This document shows, one piece after another, positions 1-9,471 of a stretch of 64,000 bases of DNA (the stretch's first letter is position 1; each line of letters starts with the position of its first letter). Source of the stretch: an uncultured Actinomycetota bacterium (GTDB lineage Bacteria; Actinomycetota; Actinomycetes; JACCUZ01); contig CAWDZK010000006.1 in the NCBI GenBank assembly GCA_963807005.1, forward strand, positions 558,875 through 622,874, in the 5' to 3' direction. A model generated the notes under the pieces. That model ran no database searches and was not told the origin of the DNA. It saw only the letters and a list, made by a program, of their open reading frames with translations. Position numbers and translations under genes: made by a program.

Positions 1-2
1 TC

Positions 3-1001
3 ATGGTCGAGGGCAACGCGTCGATGTACCTCGGGTCGGACCGGATGGTCGAGATGGTCACCGGTGAGAAGACGACGCTGGAGGAGATGGGCGGTGCGCG
101 GGTGCACTGCGCCGAGTCCGGCGTCGGGCACTTCCTCGTCGGAACCGAGCAGGAGGCGCTGGACACCGTCCGGGCCTACCTGTCCTACCTGCCGTCCAGC
201 TGGGAGGGGACGCCTCCGTCGGCAGAGCCGAGGCCCGCCCCGGCGAACATCGACCTGGCCGCGCTCGTGCCGGACAGCGAACGCCAGGCGTTCGACATGC
301 GCCGCTACGCCAAGGGCCTCCTCGACGAGGGGAGCTTCTTCGAGATCCACGCGCTCTGGGCCCGTGAGCTCACGGTCGGCTTCGGCCGGCTGGACGGCGA
401 GGTCGTCGGTGTCGTCGGCAACAACTCGATGTTCAAGGGCGGCGTCCTGTTCGTGGACTCCGCCGACAAGGCGACGCGGTTCGTCCAGCTGTGCGACGCG
501 TTCAACGTTCCCCTCGTGTTCCTCTCCGACGTCCCCGGCTTCATGGTCGGTTCCGTGGTGGAGAAGCAGGGCATCATCCGGCACGGCGCCAAGATGATCA
601 CCGCGATCTCCGAGGCGACGGTCCCGAAGATCTGCGTCGTGGTGCGCAAGGCGTACGGCGCCGGGCTGTACGCGATGGCCGGCCCCGGCTTCGAGCCGGA
701 CGCCACCCTCGCGCTGCCCAGCGCCAAGATCGCGGTCATGGGTGCCGAGGCCGCCGTCAACGCGGTCTACGCCAACAAGATCGCCGCGATCGAGGACGCC
801 GACGAGCGCGCCGAGTTCGTGGCGACCAAGCGCCGCGAGTACGACGAGGACATCGACATCGTCCGGTTGGCCAGCGAGCTCGTGGTCGATGACATCGTCA
901 CTGCGGACCGGCTGCGCGACGAGCTGGTGCGTCGGCTGCGGACCTACCGGAGCAAGGACCGGCACTTCTCCCGTCGCCGCCACGGCGTCACCCCGGTCTG
1001 A
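3..1001 (+). CDS. Acyl-CoA carboxylase carboxyltransferase (beta) subunit, 5'-truncated by window edge
   Basis: Translation VEGNASMYLGSDRMVEMVTGEKTTLEEMGGARVHCAESGVGHF...VFLSDVPGFMVG...AKIAVMGAEAAV is typical of the AccD/PccB carboxyltransferase family. The ORF runs to the left window edge. Confidence 0.85.
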   Translation: MVEGNASMYLGSDRMVEMVTGEKTTLEEMGGARVHCAESGVGHFLVGTEQEALDTVRAYLSYLPSSWEGTPPSAEPRPAPANIDLAALVPDSERQAFDMRRYAKGLLDEGSFFEIHALWARELTVGFGRLDGEVVGVVGNNSMFKGGVLFVDSADKATRFVQLCDAFNVPLVFLSDVPGFMVGSVVEKQGIIRHGAKMITAISEATVPKICVVVRKAYGAGLYAMAGPGFEPDATLALPSAKIAVMGAEAAVNAVYANKIAAIEDADERAEFVATKRREYDEDIDIVRLASELVVDDIVTADRLRDELVRRLRTYRSKDRHFSRRRHGVTPV

Positions 1002-1030
1002 GGTGCCCGGGGCGTCACGGCACCGGCGGC

Positions 1031-1055
1031 CGATCTGAGTACGCCGACGGGTGCG
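1031..1055 (+). promoter_or_regulatory. Conserved upstream element CGATCTGAGTAC-N-ACGGGTRCG, copy 1, upstream of small membrane protein paralog 1
   Basis: An identical 12-mer CGATCTGAGTAC plus an ACGGGT(G/A)CG core recurs at 1503-1529 in front of the paralogous gene. Seen directly in sequence. Confidence 0.35.
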
Positions 1056-1075
1056 GTTCGCCGCCTCGGCCGCCG

Positions 1076-1489
1076 ATGATCCCGGGTATGGAGCCGACAG
1101 TGCTGGCGGGACCGGTCGAGTTCAGCCCAGGCGAGATCATGGCGATCGTCGCGGTGCTCGCGGTCCTCTTCGTGCTCCTGACGGCGCCGGGCTGGGCGAT
1201 GGTCGGGTGGGCGTTCCGCCGCCGTCGGCTCGGCCGGGGCCCCGGGGGCACCGGCCGGACGTGGCCGGCAGTCGTCGGGGGCTGCGCCACCGGGCTGGTG
1301 CTCTGCGCCGGGGTCAGTGCCCTGGTGGCAGCGCTGGTGCCGCACACGTTCGTCTCCGTCGGGCTGGTGGCGGTCCTCGCGTCCTGGCTGGCCTGCTGGG
1401 TGCTCGCAGCAGCGCTCAACCGGAGCGCAGCGGGTGGCGAGGGGGCTGCCACGGGCACCGCCACGACGCCGGACGGCTGGGGTGGCTAG
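1076..1489 (+). CDS. Small hydrophobic membrane protein, paralog 1; true start may be ATG 1088 or 1139
   Basis: ORF with about 3 predicted TM segments (IMAIVAVLAVLFVLLTAPGWAMVGWAFRRRRLGRGPG...). It is paralogous to the next ORF: shared LTAPGW, RRRR-x-RGPG, WPAVV and GW-x-ACW motifs. Confidence 0.5.
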   Translation: MIPGMEPTVLAGPVEFSPGEIMAIVAVLAVLFVLLTAPGWAMVGWAFRRRRLGRGPGGTGRTWPAVVGGCATGLVLCAGVSALVAALVPHTFVSVGLVAVLASWLACWVLAAALNRSAAGGEGAATGTATTPDGWGG

Positions 1490-1502
1490 GCACTTCGTCC
1501 CG

Positions 1503-1529
1503 CGATCTGAGTACCTGTACGGGTACGCC
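1503..1529 (+). promoter_or_regulatory. Conserved upstream element, copy 2 (CGATCTGAGTAC CTGTACGGGTACGCC), near-palindromic GTAC...GTAC core
   Basis: Duplicate of the element at 1031-1055. Contains the imperfect palindrome GTACCTGTACGGGTAC. Confidence 0.35.
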
Positions 1530-1558
1530 CGGCGCCTGCCCGCGCCGATGCTCAGGAC

Positions 1559-1927
1559 ATGGGACCCGAGATCTCCGGTACCGATGCCCTGGTCGTCCTC
1601 GCGCTGTGGGGCGGGGTCGTCGTCGTGCTGACCGCGCCGGGCTGGCTCGCGCTCGCGCTCGCCGCTGGCCGGCGCCGGGCGGCTCGAGGCCCGGGCAGCA
1701 GCTGGCCGGCCGCGGTGGCCGCAGCCCTGCTCGGCCTGCTGGTCTGCGCCGTGGTGGTGCCCGCCGTCGCCGACCGGGTGTCCGGTGCCGCCGGCACCGG
1801 GCTCGGACTGCTGGCCGGCTGGGGCGCCTGCTGGCTGGTGGCCCTGCTGACCCTGCGGCGCAGCCGCAGGGGCGGGCGGGTGCGTTCGGGCTACCCGTCG
1901 CCGGACGGGCGGGGGTGGGTGCGGTGA
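1559..1927 (+). CDS. Small hydrophobic membrane protein, paralog 2
   Basis: VVLALWGGVVVVLTAPGWLALALAAGRRRAARGPGSSWPAAVAAALLGLLVCAVVV...GWGACWLVALL. Its stop overlaps the start of the downstream large membrane protein (GTGA). Confidence 0.5.
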   Translation: MGPEISGTDALVVLALWGGVVVVLTAPGWLALALAAGRRRAARGPGSSWPAAVAAALLGLLVCAVVVPAVADRVSGAAGTGLGLLAGWGACWLVALLTLRRSRRGGRVRSGYPSPDGRGWVR

Positions 1928-4653
1928 TCGACGAGACCGCGCTGGCCGACCCGACCCGCTGCCCGGACTGCGGCGCGCCGCTGACCGCGGCCCGGGACGT
2001 CTGCCCGGGCTGCGCGCTGCCGCTCACCGGACCCCTCGCCGGTCGTCTCTGGCAGGTGTCGCTGCAGGCCGACGAGCTGCTGCGGACGCGCTCCCGGCTG
2101 GTCGCCGAGCTGCGGACCCAGGGGGCGGCTGACGCGGCGCAGCCGGTCGACCGGTCTGCCGGGTCGTCCGTCGGGTCGCCGTTCGCCACGCCAGCGGCCG
2201 CCGGGACGGCGCGCCCGGTCCGGCCACGGACCGAATGGTCCGCACGCCGGGTCCAGGAGCTCCTGCTCGCCCTGGGCGTCGGCCTGCTCGGCGTCGCGGC
2301 GGTGATCTTCGTGGCCGTGTCCTGGGACCGCCTCGGCGTGGGCGGCCGGTCGGCCGTGATGGCCGGCCTCACCGGACTCGCCGGCTTCGCTGCCGTACGG
2401 GTGCACCGGCGGGGGCTGCTCTCCACCGCCGAGTGGCTCTCCCTGCTGACGGTCGGGCTGGGCGTCCTGGACTGCTACGGCGCCCGCAGCGCCGGACTCG
2501 CCGGGCTCGCGGAGGTCGACGGCCAGGTCTACTGGGCCGGCGCCCTGGCCGTTGTCGCCGCTCTCACCGCGCTGCTCGCGGTCGTCCTGCCCACCCGGGT
2601 GCTGCCGGTGACGGCCGCACTGCTCAGCCAGATACCGCTGCTCCTGCTGGCCGACCACCTGGTCGTCGACTCCGCGCAGCCGCTCGCGCTGGCTGCCGCC
2701 CTTCTCGCCGTGCAGGCCGTCGTCGACCTCGGGATCGCCGCCGCCTGGCCGGGCGGCTCGCGCACCCGCGACGCTCGCGTCGTCGTCGCGGTCGGGGGCG
2801 GCCTGGCGCACCTGCTGGCCACGCTCGCGGCCGGCGCGGCGGCGTACACCGAGGACGGCTCGCTGGTCGTCGGCACCGGGCTGCTGCTGGCCCTGGCCGG
2901 TGTCCTGGCGGTCGCGGCGACCCTCGCCGCCGGGCGGCCCCGGGCGCGCCCGGCCGTGCCCTCGCTGGACGGCCTCACCGCAGCCCTGGTCGTGGCCGGC
3001 GTCTGGGCGCCCGTCGTCGACCGGACCCCGGACCGCTGGCTCGGTCCGGCGCTCGGGGCGGCGGCGCTGGCCCTGCTCGCGGCCACGCTGGCCCTGCCGG
3101 CCACCCGCCGTCAGGCCCCGGCCGGCGTGCTCCTCGCAGCCGGGCTGGTGCCGCTGCTCGCCGCGGCGGACGCCGTGGCGGACGCGGCCGAGCAGGCGCT
3201 GACGCCGATCGAGCGCCCCTGGGCCGGGACCGCCGCTGCGGCGGCGTGGGCGGCCGGCTGGCCGGACGTGCTGTCGCTGCTGGCGGTGGCCGCCGCGCTC
3301 GTCCTCGGCGGGTACGTACTGCGGCGCTATGCCGGTCGCGTCGCTGCAGTGCCGGTCCTGGCTGCGGCTGCCGCCCTGGCGGGCCCGGCGTCGGGCGCCG
3401 GCTACGCGGTGCAGCTCGGCCTGCTCGGGGTGCTCGGCGCCGCTCTTCTCGTCGCGGGTGCCCTGCTCCACCGGCGGGGCCAGGCGCAGCCGTCCTGGGC
3501 GGCGCTCGGCTCCGGCGCGGTCGCCGTCGGGCTGATGACCGCCTGGTCCTTCGCCCTGCCCGCCGCGACGATCGCCGCCCTCCCCGGCGCCGCCCTCGCC
3601 CTGCTCGCCGGAACGGCTGCGGCCCTCGGCGTCGAGTCCCTGCGGCCGTGGCGGGTCGCCCTGGTGACCGGGTCGCTCGTGCTCGGCCTGGTCGAGGCCG
3701 GCGCGGTGGCCCGCGACGGTGGCGCCGGCTGGCCGGCCGTGTGGTCGGTCGTGCTGGTGCTCGCAGTCGGCGTCGGGGTGGGCGTCGCGTCGGCGCTCGC
3801 ACTGCGCACGGCGCCGACCGACGCCTTCTGGGGTCCGCTGCACACCACCGCGGTGATCGCGGCGGCGACAGCAGCGGTCGCCGGCACCGGCGCTGTCGCG
3901 CTCTGGCGGGACGTGGCCCTCGCGGGGAGCGGGCTGGCGGCGTCGTGCACGGTGGGCGTGCTCCTTGCCGCGACCGCCATCCCCGTGCCGACCGGCCGGC
4001 CGGTGCGTGGCGCCGTCCAGGTGGTGTCGGTGGTGACCGCCTGGCCCGCCCTCGCTGCCTCCGCGCTGGACGGGGACCGGCTCTGGGTTGCCCTGCTCGC
4101 CGTCGGGCTGGGTCTCGCCTTCGTGGCCACCACACCGCAGCGGCATGACGTGGGGTGGGCTGCGGGTCTGGTGCTCGCCGGCAGCAGCTGGGTGCGGCTG
4201 GCGCTCTCGGACGTCGAGGCTCCCGAGGCCTACACGGTGCCGGGCGGCGTCGCGCTGCTGGTGGTCGGCTTCCTCCGCCGCCGGCGCGACCCGGCGTACG
4301 GCTCGTGGCAGGCCTACGGCAGCGGGCTCACCCTCGCCCTGGTGCCGAGCCTGCTCCGGGCGGTCACCGACGCGGGTGACCTCCGCCCGCTGCTGCTCGC
4401 GGTCGTGGCTGCCGGGGTCGTCGCCGCCGGTGCGGTCCGCCGGCTGCAGGCGCCGCTGCTGCTCGGCGCCGGGGTGCTCGCAGTCGACGCGCTGGTGCAG
4501 CTCACGCCGTTGCTGGTCGCGGCGTACGAGGTGGTACCTCGGTGGCTCACGATCGGGGGCCTCGGTCTGCTGCTGCTCGTCGCGGGGATGACGTACGAGC
4601 AGCGGGTCCGCGACCTGCGTCGGGTCGGGCGGCACGTCGCCCGGCTGTCCTGA
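1924..4653 (+). CDS. Large polytopic integral membrane protein with N-terminal zinc-ribbon (CPDCG...CPGC), SCO7613-like architecture
   Basis: GTG start at 1924 is in frame with ORF 1051..4653. N-terminus reads VIDETALADPTRCPDCGAPLTAARDVCPGCALPLTGPLAGRLWQ, followed by about 850 aa of repeated hydrophobic helices. The long antisense ORF 1891..5550 is rejected as a GC artefact. Confidence 0.6.
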   Translation: MIDETALADPTRCPDCGAPLTAARDVCPGCALPLTGPLAGRLWQVSLQADELLRTRSRLVAELRTQGAADAAQPVDRSAGSSVGSPFATPAAAGTARPVRPRTEWSARRVQELLLALGVGLLGVAAVIFVAVSWDRLGVGGRSAVMAGLTGLAGFAAVRVHRRGLLSTAEWLSLLTVGLGVLDCYGARSAGLAGLAEVDGQVYWAGALAVVAALTALLAVVLPTRVLPVTAALLSQIPLLLLADHLVVDSAQPLALAAALLAVQAVVDLGIAAAWPGGSRTRDARVVVAVGGGLAHLLATLAAGAAAYTEDGSLVVGTGLLLALAGVLAVAATLAAGRPRARPAVPSLDGLTAALVVAGVWAPVVDRTPDRWLGPALGAAALALLAATLALPATRRQAPAGVLLAAGLVPLLAAADAVADAAEQALTPIERPWAGTAAAAAWAAGWPDVLSLLAVAAALVLGGYVLRRYAGRVAAVPVLAAAAALAGPASGAGYAVQLGLLGVLGAALLVAGALLHRRGQAQPSWAALGSGAVAVGLMTAWSFALPAATIAALPGAALALLAGTAAALGVESLRPWRVALVTGSLVLGLVEAGAVARDGGAGWPAVWSVVLVLAVGVGVGVASALALRTAPTDAFWGPLHTTAVIAAATAAVAGTGAVALWRDVALAGSGLAASCTVGVLLAATAIPVPTGRPVRGAVQVVSVVTAWPALAASALDGDRLWVALLAVGLGLAFVATTPQRHDVGWAAGLVLAGSSWVRLALSDVEAPEAYTVPGGVALLVVGFLRRRRDPAYGSWQAYGSGLTLALVPSLLRAVTDAGDLRPLLLAVVAAGVVAAGAVRRLQAPLLLGAGVLAVDALVQLTPLLVAAYEVVPRWLTIGGLGLLLLVAGMTYEQRVRDLRRVGRHVARLS

Positions 4654-4713
4654 GTCGCGAAACGCGCCGCACGGCATCCATGCGGTGAGCGTCGTTGTGC
4701 CTACGATGCGTCC

Positions 4714-5388
4714 ATGACCCGCGTGCTCCTGGCCGAGGACGACCAGGCGATCTCCGAGCCGCTCGCGCGCGCCCTGCGCCGCGAGGGCTACGAGGTCGAG
4801 GTGTGCGAGGACGGGCCGGGCGCGTTGGAGTCGGCCACCGGAGGAGTGCCGGTCGACCTCGTCGTGCTCGACATCGGGTTGCCCGGCATGGACGGTCTGG
4901 AGGTGTGCCGCCGGCTGCGAGGCGAGGGCAGCGGGGTGCCGGTCCTCGTGCTGACGGCGCGCATCGACGAGGTCGACACGGTGGTCGGCCTCGACGCGGG
5001 TGCTGACGACTACGTCACCAAGCCGTTCCGGCTGGCCGAGCTGCTCGCGCGGGTCCGTGCGCTGCTCCGGCGCGGCGGCATCGAGATCGCCCAGGGCGTC
5101 CACGGCGTCCGCATCGACGTCGACTCGCACCGGGCCTGGATCGACGAGCAGGAGCTGTCGCTGACGGCCAAGGAGTTCGACCTGCTCCGGGTGCTGCTCC
5201 GTGAGAGCGGCAAGGTCGTGACCCGCGAGCAGCTGATGCGCGAGGTGTGGGACACCGCCTGGTGGGGGTCCACCAAGACGCTCGACATGCACGTCTCGTG
5301 GCTGCGCAAGAAGCTCGGCGACGACGCCGCCAACCCGCGCTTCATCACGACCGTGCGAGGCGTGGGCTTCCGCTTCGAGCGCGAATGA
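4714..5388 (+). CDS. OmpR-family two-component response regulator (receiver + winged-helix)
   Basis: MTRVLLAEDDQAISEPLARALRREGYEVEV...VDLVVLDIGLPGMDGLEVCRRLR...DDYVTKPF...TLDMHVSWLRKKL. Confidence 0.9.
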   Translation: MTRVLLAEDDQAISEPLARALRREGYEVEVCEDGPGALESATGGVPVDLVVLDIGLPGMDGLEVCRRLRGEGSGVPVLVLTARIDEVDTVVGLDAGADDYVTKPFRLAELLARVRALLRRGGIEIAQGVHGVRIDVDSHRAWIDEQELSLTAKEFDLLRVLLRESGKVVTREQLMREVWDTAWWGSTKTLDMHVSWLRKKLGDDAANPRFITTVRGVGFRFERE

Positions 5389-5428
5389 CGCGGGCACTCC
5401 TGCCGGCGTTCCCGGTGGCGAGCCTGCG

Positions 5429-6412
5429 TTGAGGACGAGGATCCTGGCGGCGAGCGTGCTCGTCGCCGTCGTCGCTCTCGTTGCGACGGCCCTGCCGCTG
5501 GCGGTCCTGGCGCGGTCCGGGCGGGACGTCTCCACCGGGCTGGTGGTCACGGTCGCGCTGGCCGGAGCGTTGGTGGCCGTCGGGGCAGCCGCTGCGGTGG
5601 GCCTGCTGCAGGCGAAGGTGCTGCGGTCGGCCCTGGGCGGCCTGCAGCGGCGGGCCGAGAGCCTCGGGTCAGGTCAGATGCGCGAGCCGCTGCGGACGTC
5701 CGGGATCTCCGAGGTCGACCGCGTCGCCGAGCTGCTCGAGCGCAGCGCGGACCGGATCGACCGGCTGATCGCCGCCGAGCGCCAGTTCGCCTCGGACGCG
5801 TCGCACCAGCTGCGGACACCGCTGACGGCGCTGTCGATGCGCCTCGAGGAGATCATGCAGGCGGAGGACCAGGAGACGGCCCGTGAGGAGGCCGGCTCGG
5901 CGCTGGCCCAGGTCGAGCGGCTGGCCACCGTCGTCGAGCACCTGCTCGACGGCGTACGGGACAACAACCTGCGAGCCGGCCCGGTGCCGCTGGACGAGAT
6001 CGTGCTCCAGCAGGTGGTGGAGTGGGAGCCCGCTTTCGCTGCTCGGCAGCGCGTCGTCCGCGCCACCGGGACCCGGGGGCTGGTCGCCCTGGCCACGCCG
6101 AACGGGCTGTCCCAGGTGCTCGCGACGCTGCTCGAGAACAGCCTCATCCACGGCGCCGGCCTGGTCACGGTGTCGACCCGGTCGACCGGGATCTCGCTGG
6201 TGGTCGAGGTCTCCGACGAGGGGCCGGGGGTGCCGCCGGAGCTCGGCTCGCGGATCTTCGAGCGGTCGGTGAGCGGGCGACGGGGGACCGGGCTCGGGCT
6301 GGCCGTCGCCCGCGAGCTGGCCGAGGCCGACGGCGGCCGGCTGGAGCTGGTGCAGCAGAAGCCGGCGATGTTCGCGCTGTTCCTCAGCGCGGCGGGAGCG
6401 GGTCCTCGCTGA
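5429..6412 (+). CDS. Two-component sensor histidine kinase
   Basis: TTG start. N-terminal TM helix, then H-box ASDASHQLRTPLTALSMRLEE and ATPase motifs (SDEGPGVP, GTGLGLAVAREL). Confidence 0.85.
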   Translation: MRTRILAASVLVAVVALVATALPLAVLARSGRDVSTGLVVTVALAGALVAVGAAAAVGLLQAKVLRSALGGLQRRAESLGSGQMREPLRTSGISEVDRVAELLERSADRIDRLIAAERQFASDASHQLRTPLTALSMRLEEIMQAEDQETAREEAGSALAQVERLATVVEHLLDGVRDNNLRAGPVPLDEIVLQQVVEWEPAFAARQRVVRATGTRGLVALATPNGLSQVLATLLENSLIHGAGLVTVSTRSTGISLVVEVSDEGPGVPPELGSRIFERSVSGRRGTGLGLAVARELAEADGGRLELVQQKPAMFALFLSAAGAGPR

Positions 6413-6884
6413 GGTCCAGCTCGTCGTCCCGGGTGCCGCGCACCACGTGCGGGAGCAGGGCCGGGAACACCCACCGCCGGTAGGACCAGAACCGGAAGGT
6501 CGTGCCGAGCACCAGCCCGACCCCGTTGGCCGCGATGTTGTCCGCGAGCCGGCCGGTGAAGTCGAGCACGTAGTGCGAGACCGCCAGGCAGGTCAGCGCG
6601 ATGACCAGCCCGACGCCGTTGAGCAGGAAGAACAGCGCGTACTCGCGCTGGACCGTGGAGCGCCCGCGCAGGCGGAACGTCCAGGTGCGGTTCCCGGCGT
6701 AGGCGACCGTGGTGGCGATGATCGTCGAGACGGCCTTGGACGTGAGCGGCTTGTCGGTGAGGTGCAGGAACAGGTTGAACAGGCCGACGTCGACCACGAA
6801 CGCCACCCCGCCGACCACCCCGAACTTCATCAGCTCACGGATCAGGTGGCCCAGCCGGTAGTAGGCGGCGAGCAGGGCCCTCAC
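6384..6884 (-). CDS. GtrA-family membrane protein (polysaccharide synthesis/translocation associated)
   Basis: MKFGVVGGVAFVVDVGLFNLF...YAGNRTWTFR... with 4 TM segments, typical GtrA-like. Confidence 0.8.
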   Translation of the reverse strand: MRALLAAYYRLGHLIRELMKFGVVGGVAFVVDVGLFNLFLHLTDKPLTSKAVSTIIATTVAYAGNRTWTFRLRGRSTVQREYALFFLLNGVGLVIALTCLAVSHYVLDFTGRLADNIAANGVGLVLGTTFRFWSYRRWVFPALLPHVVRGTRDDELDLSEDPLPPR

Positions 6885-6972
6885 GGGAGGGTCAGCGGTG
6901 CGGCGGCCACGCGGATGAGCCTAACGCCGGGACCGGGACGACCGCGGACGTGGCACCATGGCGACGTACGAC

Positions 6973-7009
6973 GTGACACGCGCACGCAGGTCCGCGTCCC
7001 AGGTGACAC
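6973..7009. promoter_or_regulatory. Direct repeat GTGACAC (6973-6979 and 7003-7009) in the divergent GtrA/acyl-CoA dehydrogenase intergenic region; candidate operator
   Basis: Seen in sequence: acGTGACACgcgcacgcaggtccgcgtcccagGTGACACacc, about 45 bp upstream of the ACAD GTG start. Confidence 0.2.
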
Positions 7010-7049
7010 ACCCCGTCGCCGCACAGCACCCCCATCGCCAGGAGATCCC

Positions 7050-8207
7050 GTGAGCGCCACCCACCTCAGCGACGAGCTCGAGTCGCTGCGCAAGACCGTC
7101 GAGGAGTTCGCCCACGAGGTGGTCGCGCCGGCCATCGGCGAGCTCTACGAGCGCGAGGAGTTCCCGTACGAGATCGTCCGGCAGATGGGCGAGATGGGGC
7201 TCTTCGGGCTGCCGTTCCCCGAGGAGCACGGCGGCATGGGTGGCGACTACTTCGCGCTGTGCATCGTGCTGGAGGAGCTGGCCAGGGTCGACTCGTCGGT
7301 GGCGATCACGCTGGAGGCCGGCGTCTCGCTGGGCGCCATGCCGATCTACCGGTTCGGCACGCCCGAGCAGCAGGCCCAGTGGCTGCCCCAGCTGTGCTCC
7401 GGCGAGATGCTCGGCGCGTTCGGCCTGACCGAGCCGGGTGCCGGCTCGGACGCCGGCGGGACGACCACGACGGCCCGGCTGTCGGAGGACGGCTCCGAGT
7501 GGGTCATCAACGGCACCAAGGCCTTCATCACCAACTCCGGCACCGACATCACCGGTCTGGTCACGGTCACCGCCGTCACCGGCACCAAGGACGACGGCAG
7601 CAAGGAGATCTCGGCGATCATCGTCCCCAGCGGCACGGCCGGGTTCACCGTGTCGAAGAAGTACTCCAAGGTGGGCTGGAACGCCTCCGACACCCGAGAG
7701 CTGTCCTTCGCCGACTGCCGGGTGCCGGTCGCCAACCTCCTCGGCGAGCGCGGCCGGGGCTACGCACAGTTCCTGTCCACCCTGGACGAGGGCCGGATCG
7801 CGATCGCCGCCCTCGGCGTCGGCCTGGCGCAGGGCTGCGTGGACGAGTCGGTGCGTTACGCCAAGGAGCGCCATGCGTTCGGGCGGCCGATCGGCTCCAA
7901 CCAGGCCATCCAGTTCAAGATCGCCGACATGGAGATGCGCGCGCACACGGCGCGGCTGGCCTACTACGACGCGGCGGACCGGATGCTGCGCGGCGAGCCG
8001 TTCAAGAAGCAGGCCGCGATCGCGAAGCTGTACTCGTCGGAGATCGCGGTGACCAACGCGCGGGAGGCCACCCAGGTGCACGGCGGCTACGGCTTCATGA
8101 ACGAGTTCCCGGTGGCCCGGATGTGGCGGGACTCGAAGATCCTCGAGATCGGCGAGGGCACCTCCGAGGTCCAGCGGATGCTCATCGCCCGCGAGCTGGG
8201 CCTCTAG
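7050..8207 (+). CDS. Acyl-CoA dehydrogenase
   Basis: GTG start preceded by GGAGAT. VSATHLSDELESLRKTVEEFAHEVVAP...GLTEPGAGSDAG...ARELGL, the ACAD N/M/C domain signature. The upstream 200-codon extension of ORF 6447..8207 has no homology-like content. Confidence 0.9.
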   Translation: MSATHLSDELESLRKTVEEFAHEVVAPAIGELYEREEFPYEIVRQMGEMGLFGLPFPEEHGGMGGDYFALCIVLEELARVDSSVAITLEAGVSLGAMPIYRFGTPEQQAQWLPQLCSGEMLGAFGLTEPGAGSDAGGTTTTARLSEDGSEWVINGTKAFITNSGTDITGLVTVTAVTGTKDDGSKEISAIIVPSGTAGFTVSKKYSKVGWNASDTRELSFADCRVPVANLLGERGRGYAQFLSTLDEGRIAIAALGVGLAQGCVDESVRYAKERHAFGRPIGSNQAIQFKIADMEMRAHTARLAYYDAADRMLRGEPFKKQAAIAKLYSSEIAVTNAREATQVHGGYGFMNEFPVARMWRDSKILEIGEGTSEVQRMLIARELGL

Positions 8208-8334
8208 CCGCCGTCGACCCGGAGCGACCACTGACCCTTCGACTGGCGGAAGTCTTCACTCTCGGCCGCGGAAAAGCTGAGGACTTCCGCCAGTCGACGG
8301 GGAGGCTGGGGGCGGGTGGGTAGGGTCGCGCCTC

Positions 8335-9471
8335 GTGGGTGACGGGTTCCCGGTGGTGGGCGTCGTGGGCGGCGGGCAGCTCGCCCGGATGATGGCGGCG
8401 CCGGCGATCGGGCTGGGCATCGAGCTGCGGGTGCTCGCCCGCGACCGCCGGGACAGCGCGGCCCAGGTGGTGCCCGGCACGTCGGTGGGGGCCGAGGACG
8501 ACCTCGACACGCTGCGCGCGTTCGCCGCCGGCTGCGACGTCCTGACCTTCGACCACGAGCACGTCCCCACCGCGCACCTGCGGACGCTGCAGGCGGAGGG
8601 CGTCGTCGTCCGGCCCGGGCCGGACGCGTTGGAGCACGCGCAGGACAAGCTCGTCATGCGCCGCCGGCTCACCGCGCTCGGGGTCCCGTGCCCCCGCTGG
8701 GCCCAGGTCGGCAGCGCCGCTGAGCTGCAGGCGTTCGGTGACGAGGTGGGCTGGCCGGTCGTGCTCAAGACCGCGCGGGGCGGGTACGACGGCAAGGGGG
8801 TCCGCCTGGTCGACGACGGCGGCGCGGCCGCCGACTGGCTGGCCGGCAGCGTGCCGCTGCTGGCGGAGGAGCGGGTCGGCTTCACCCGCGAGCTGGCGGT
8901 GCTGGTGGCGCGCAGCCCGCACGGCCAGGCCTCGGTGTGGCCGGTGGTCGAGACGGTCCAGGTCGACGGCGTATGCCGTGAGGTCGTGGCGCCGGCACCG
9001 GTGAGCGAGGAGCACGCGCTGGCCGCGCAGCAGGCCGGGCTCCGGATCGCCGAGGGCCTCGACGTCACCGGCGTGATGGCGGTCGAGATGTTCGACACCG
9101 ACCGGGGGGTGCTGGTCAACGAGCTGGCGATGCGACCCCACAACAGCGGCCACTGGACCATCGAGGGCTCCCGGACCAGCCAGTTCGAGCAGCACCTGCG
9201 CGCGGTGCTCGACCTCCCGCTGGGTGACACCTCGGCGACCGCCCCGCACGTGGTGATGGCCAACGTCCTGGGCGGCGACATCGACGACATGTACGCGGGC
9301 TACCTGCACTGTCTCGCGCACGACCGTGGCGTCCGGATCCACATGTACGGCAAGCAGGTACGCCCAGGGCGAAAGGTGGGTCACGTGACGGCCCTCGGCG
9401 TGGATGCTGTGGACGTCCGCGACCGCGCCCGGCACGCCGCGGCCTTCCTGCGAGGAGACATCGATGGCTAG
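8335..9471 (+). CDS. purK: N5-carboxyaminoimidazole ribonucleotide synthase
   Basis: [15 protein letters not shown]...ATP-grasp motifs ([13 protein letters not shown]; [14 protein letters not shown]). Followed by purE. Confidence 0.9.
   Translation: MGDGFPVVGVVGGGQLARMMAAPAIGLGIELRVLARDRRDSAAQVVPGTSVGAEDDLDTLRAFAAGCDVLTFDHEHVPTAHLRTLQAEGVVVRPGPDALEHAQDKLVMRRRLTALGVPCPRWAQVGSAAELQAFGDEVGWPVVLKTARGGYDGKGVRLVDDGGAAADWLAGSVPLLAEERVGFTRELAVLVARSPHGQASVWPVVETVQVDGVCREVVAPAPVSEEHALAAQQAGLRIAEGLDVTGVMAVEMFDTDRGVLVNELAMRPHNSGHWTIEGSRTSQFEQHLRAVLDLPLGDTSATAPHVVMANVLGGDIDDMYAGYLHCLAHDRGVRIHMYGKQVRPGRKVGHVTALGVDAVDVRDRARHAAAFLRGDIDG

Noticed and set aside
1051-1923. Upstream extension of ORF 1051..4653 (would give a 1200-aa protein)
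   Set aside because: The extension overlaps the two small membrane protein genes in other frames. The recognisable zinc-ribbon N-terminus begins at GTG 1924.
4654-4713. Possible hairpin/terminator (CCGCA...TGCGG, CGCGAAACGCG) between the large membrane protein and the response regulator
   Set aside because: Short stems with a long loop and no U-tract. Cannot distinguish from chance in 72% GC DNA.
1891-5550. 1219-aa minus-strand ORF antisense to the large membrane protein and response regulator
   Set aside because: Arg/Gly/Pro-dominated translation with no domain-like content. Typical GC-rich antisense artefact. The sense-strand genes have clear family signatures.
6447-7049. 200-codon upstream extension of the acyl-CoA dehydrogenase ORF
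   Set aside because: Conserved ACAD N-terminus begins at GTG 7050 with an RBS. The extension is low-complexity and overlaps the GtrA gene.
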